Shown here: positions 61,369 through 64,000 of the stretch, piece by piece
Layout: each line of letters begins with the position of its first letter
How positions within the stretch are numbered: the stretch's first letter is position 1
NCBI GenBank assembly: GCA_003559855.1
Contig: PWJZ01000047.1
Location: forward strand, 32,876-96,875
Origin: Bacteroidales bacterium
GTDB lineage: Bacteria > Bacteroidota > Bacteroidia > Bacteroidales > UBA7960
Length of the DNA stretch: 64,000 bases
Direction of reading: 5' to 3'
Program-made: the position numbers and the translations under genes
Notes under the pieces: generated by a model
Databases searched by the model: none
What the model saw: only the letters and a program-made list of their open reading frames with translations
Told to the model about the DNA's origin: nothing

Positions 61369-62298
61369 TTAACAGGGCTTTCTTGGTTTATTCAAACAAA
61401 GACTTACCAGATCATCAATGTTTGCTGTGCCCACACACATAACCGTATCTGCGCCACCCCAGTATATTTTTACCTTACCATCATTTTCAGGTACAGCGGC
61501 ACAGCAAAATACCACATTATGAACATAGCCCGTAATTTCATATATCTCTTCGGGCTGAAGGATCCATTCATCTGCCACGGCAACTATTTTTGAAGGGTCT
61601 TTCAGTTCGTGCAGTGCAACACCCAAGCGGTAAACACTTGCGTCCATTGTGGGAAACACACCGTGGTATATGTTCAGCCATCCTCTTTTTGTTTCTATTG
61701 GCGGTGCTCCCGGCCCTATCTTCATTTCATCCCAGTGATAAGTTACCGGCTTCATAATAAGCTTGCTGTCGCCCCAGTATCTCAGATCGGGCGAATAAGA
61801 TATCCATATTGACCACGGGTTTATTTCAGAATGCGGACGGTCAAGACGCGCATAAAAACCGTTAAATTTTTTAGGAAAAATAACAACGTTACGATAATCG
61901 GCCTGGGTTATTAACGAAAACCTTTCGATAGTGTTAAAATCCCTTGTCTTTGCCAGCCCTATACGTACTCCATGCTTTGAATAAGCACTGTAGGTAATAA
62001 GATATTCGCCGTCTATGAAAGTTATTCTCGGATCTTCTATGCCGTATTCCTCGTATTCTGCAAAAACACCTTCTGTTGCAGGTGTCATAAATGGTACGGG
62101 GTCAACTTTAAAATCATAGCCGTTATCAGAAATGGCCTTACCCAATACAGACCTTCCATTAAGGCGATGAGCCCTGAAAATCATGACATAAATGTCATTA
62201 TGTTTTACAACGGCACCATTATGAACGGTGGCAACTTCGTAAGGCACATGGTCTTTTGTAAGGACAGGGTTTTTCTCATATCTTTTTATTATAGCCAT
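61369..62298 (-). CDS. GH130-family glycosidase/phosphorylase-like protein (short form)
   Basis: 309 aa; NGAVV, EDPRITFIDGEYLITYSAYS, NVVIFPKKFNGFYARLDRP, GWLNIYHGV and VVFCCAAV motifs parallel those of the 58861..60324 product. Confidence 0.78.
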   Translation of the reverse strand: MAIIKRYEKNPVLTKDHVPYEVATVHNGAVVKHNDIYVMIFRAHRLNGRSVLGKAISDNGYDFKVDPVPFMTPATEGVFAEYEEYGIEDPRITFIDGEYLITYSAYSKHGVRIGLAKTRDFNTIERFSLITQADYRNVVIFPKKFNGFYARLDRPHSEINPWSIWISYSPDLRYWGDSKLIMKPVTYHWDEMKIGPGAPPIETKRGWLNIYHGVFPTMDASVYRLGVALHELKDPSKIVAVADEWILQPEEIYEITGYVHNVVFCCAAVPENDGKVKIYWGGADTVMCVGTANIDDLVSLCLNKPRKPC

Positions 62299-62312
62299 CT
62301 TTTCCTGAAGTT

Positions 62313-64000
62313 TTATTTTTGATATTCAAACTCATACTCAAGTGCGGTCAATACTGTAAGGTGCGATATAAGATAGGCTAATGTGCTTTCAGCACCCTGG
62401 TTCCGGTTAATACCATTACTTTTAAGACCATCGCAGCAACCGAAAGTTTCATGATCATACAGCGGTATACGAAGTTCGTTTTCGCCCAAAAACCATAAGA
62501 ATGACAAAAACATCTTTTCGATATAAACCGGATCTTTGGTTACTTTATAAGCCTGGAAAAACAACCTGACACTTGCCATAGTATCAATAGCCTGCTGGTC
62601 GAAAATCGCACGTTTACCTCCTTTCGGATACCATCCATTACTGCCTACAATGGAGAGATAGCCTTTGTCTATTGTAATCTCTTCAAGAAAGAGGGTTGTT
62701 TTAACAGCTACATCTTTTATTGACTTATCACCGGTTATCTCAGCAGCATGGAAAAGGCTCATAGGCAGGATAGCATTGTCATAAGTGAGCTTTGATTCGA
62801 ACCATTGCCAATCATTTGTACGGTGTTTATTATAAGCATCCAAAAGCTTTTCAGCCATGTTTTTCATTTTTTTCATCATACTTTCATTGTCAGTATAGTG
62901 TTTCAGATAATAACTCATCCCTATAATGGTATTTGCAATACCTCTCAGGTGTTTTAACGCGTCAAAAAAATTAACAGATCTTGAAAAAAGTTCATGACCG
63001 AACTCACGATAAGAGCCGTTCGGGGCTCTGTGAATCAGGTATCCGAGAGCCCAAACAGTGCGCCCGAACGAATCTTCACTACCCCCTTCATCAAGGAATT
63101 CTCTGTTGAAACTAAGAAAATTACGGAAAGACCCTTCCTTTGTTTGCATATAATGTATGTAGCTTAAATATATTGGAATAAATCCAAGTGCTACCGTATC
63201 CTTATTTTGCCTGTACGACATCAATGCCATAAGCAACGCCCTTGCATTATCATCAAGGCAATAACCTTCTTTAAGGTTAGGTATTCCGTATTTGGCGTGT
63301 TGTACAATGCCGGTATCATCGGTGAGCCTTTTGATATGGTCAAGTCTGAATTTCGGGATTACGGATGTGTCAATTATAAGTTTTTTACCCGGTTCGACTA
63401 ATACCTGCGATTTTTTTACAATTGAATTGACCATATCCAAATATTGTTTACCAATGATTGGCCAACGGATTTTTTTGCCATATTCAAACGCTTTGTTCCT
63501 TAGTTCATTTAGTTTTTTGGGGTTCTCGAGTATATCGTTGAGTATTTCAGCCAGTTGATCGGAATCTTTAAAGTTAAATAAGCGACCACGTTCGTTTGCC
63601 AAAAGCTCTTTGGCATGCCAGTAAGGGGTTGATAAAACTGCTGCGCCGGCACCTACAGCATAAGAAAGTGTACCGCTGGTGATTTGTGCCTCATTAAGGT
63701 AAGGTGTGACGTAAATATCACACGCTGTTAAATACTCAAAAAGCACCTCTTCTGTAACAAAGTCTTTTAAAAAGTAAACGTTGTTTTGAAGGTTGTGTTT
63801 TTTTACAAACAGGTTAAGGTAATCGCGGTATTCTTCACCGGCATGTTTTAGTACAGCAGGATGAGTTTTGCCAAGGACAATATAAAGCAGATCGGGATGT
63901 TTGTCAACTACTTTGGTCAACGCATCTAAAACCGTTTCAATGCCTTTATTACGACTCAGCAGACCAAAGGTGAGTAATACCTTGCGATCTTCAAAATTAT
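62313..64000 (-). CDS. GT4 glycosyltransferase domain fused to a roughly 350-aa C-terminal domain of unknown function (5' end outside window)
   Basis: The frame stays open upstream of the track start (TTG 63920) to the window end, reading NFEDRKVLLTFGLLSRNKGIETVLDALTKVV... This is typical GT4 C-lobe sequence (SYAVGAGAAVLSTPYWHAKELL). It is followed by a helix-rich domain (LDDNARALLMAL..., GRTVWALGYL...). Confidence 0.7.
   Translation of the reverse strand, partial: NFEDRKVLLTFGLLSRNKGIETVLDALTKVVDKHPDLLYIVLGKTHPAVLKHAGEEYRDYLNLFVKKHNLQNNVYFLKDFVTEEVLFEYLTACDIYVTPYLNEAQITSGTLSYAVGAGAAVLSTPYWHAKELLANERGRLFNFKDSDQLAEILNDILENPKKLNELRNKAFEYGKKIRWPIIGKQYLDMVNSIVKKSQVLVEPGKKLIIDTSVIPKFRLDHIKRLTDDTGIVQHAKYGIPNLKEGYCLDDNARALLMALMSYRQNKDTVALGFIPIYLSYIHYMQTKEGSFRNFLSFNREFLDEGGSEDSFGRTVWALGYLIHRAPNGSYREFGHELFSRSVNFFDALKHLRGIANTIIGMSYYLKHYTDNESMMKKMKNMAEKLLDAYNKHRTNDWQWFESKLTYDNAILPMSLFHAAEITGDKSIKDVAVKTTLFLEEITIDKGYLSIVGSNGWYPKGGKRAIFDQQAIDTMASVRLFFQAYKVTKDPVYIEKMFLSFLWFLGENELRIPLYDHETFGCCDGLKSNGINRNQGAESTLAYLISHLTVLTALEYEFEYQK

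Overview
This is an AT-rich chromosomal segment that looks like Bacteroidota, probably an anaerobic Bacteroidia-type organism. The clues are repeated TAnnTTTG -7 promoter boxes, a stand-alone atpD-atpC pair, a PorZ-like propeller protein, DUF4175/DUF4292-type envelope genes and a ptb-buk pair. All calls rest on reading the supplied ORF translations and the DNA by eye; no database search was possible, and hand-derived coordinates may be off by 1-2 nt.

The window is mostly housekeeping:
- Core genes: pyrH, frr, dut, tatA, hflX, trpS, recJ, atpDC, mnmG, ybeY, rnr, nadA, rpiB and one tRNA-Arg(CCG).
- Envelope genes: a TPR/DUF4292/EnvC-like cluster, an MltD-like transglycosylase, a wza-wzc pair, an LpxL-like acyltransferase and an ECF sigma/anti-sigma pair.
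- Others: ptb-buk, a 1249-aa NtrY-like histidine kinase, an orphan LytTR regulator, and a terminal GH130/GT4 glycan cluster running off the window end.

I see no CRISPR array, transposase, integrase, phage genes or recognisable defence system.

The unexplained structure is mostly non-coding:
1. Three paralogous promoter-bearing intergenic cassettes at about 3673, 26963 and 28249. Two of them bracket a RibF-like gene whose adenylyltransferase domain looks degenerate.
2. A 22-nt identical element containing a perfect 16-bp TGTTTCACGTGAAACA palindrome upstream of mnmG and of a SAM methyltransferase.
3. A roughly 220-bp nested palindrome with a 19-bp GC-rich hairpin at 19.45-19.67 kb, and a related partial copy inside an unusually long (674 bp) non-coding gap between convergent genes at 34.5-35.1 kb.
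4. An inverted-repeat-flanked, frameshifted remnant of a four-helix-bundle (23S IVS protein family) gene at 22.5-22.9 kb.
5. A T15 homopolymer plus an ECF-type promoter between wza and the ECF sigma gene.

The protein-level candidates for uncharacterised biology are the translationally coupled DUF4175-like/162-aa/ybeY operon and the two-GH130 plus two-GT4 cluster.
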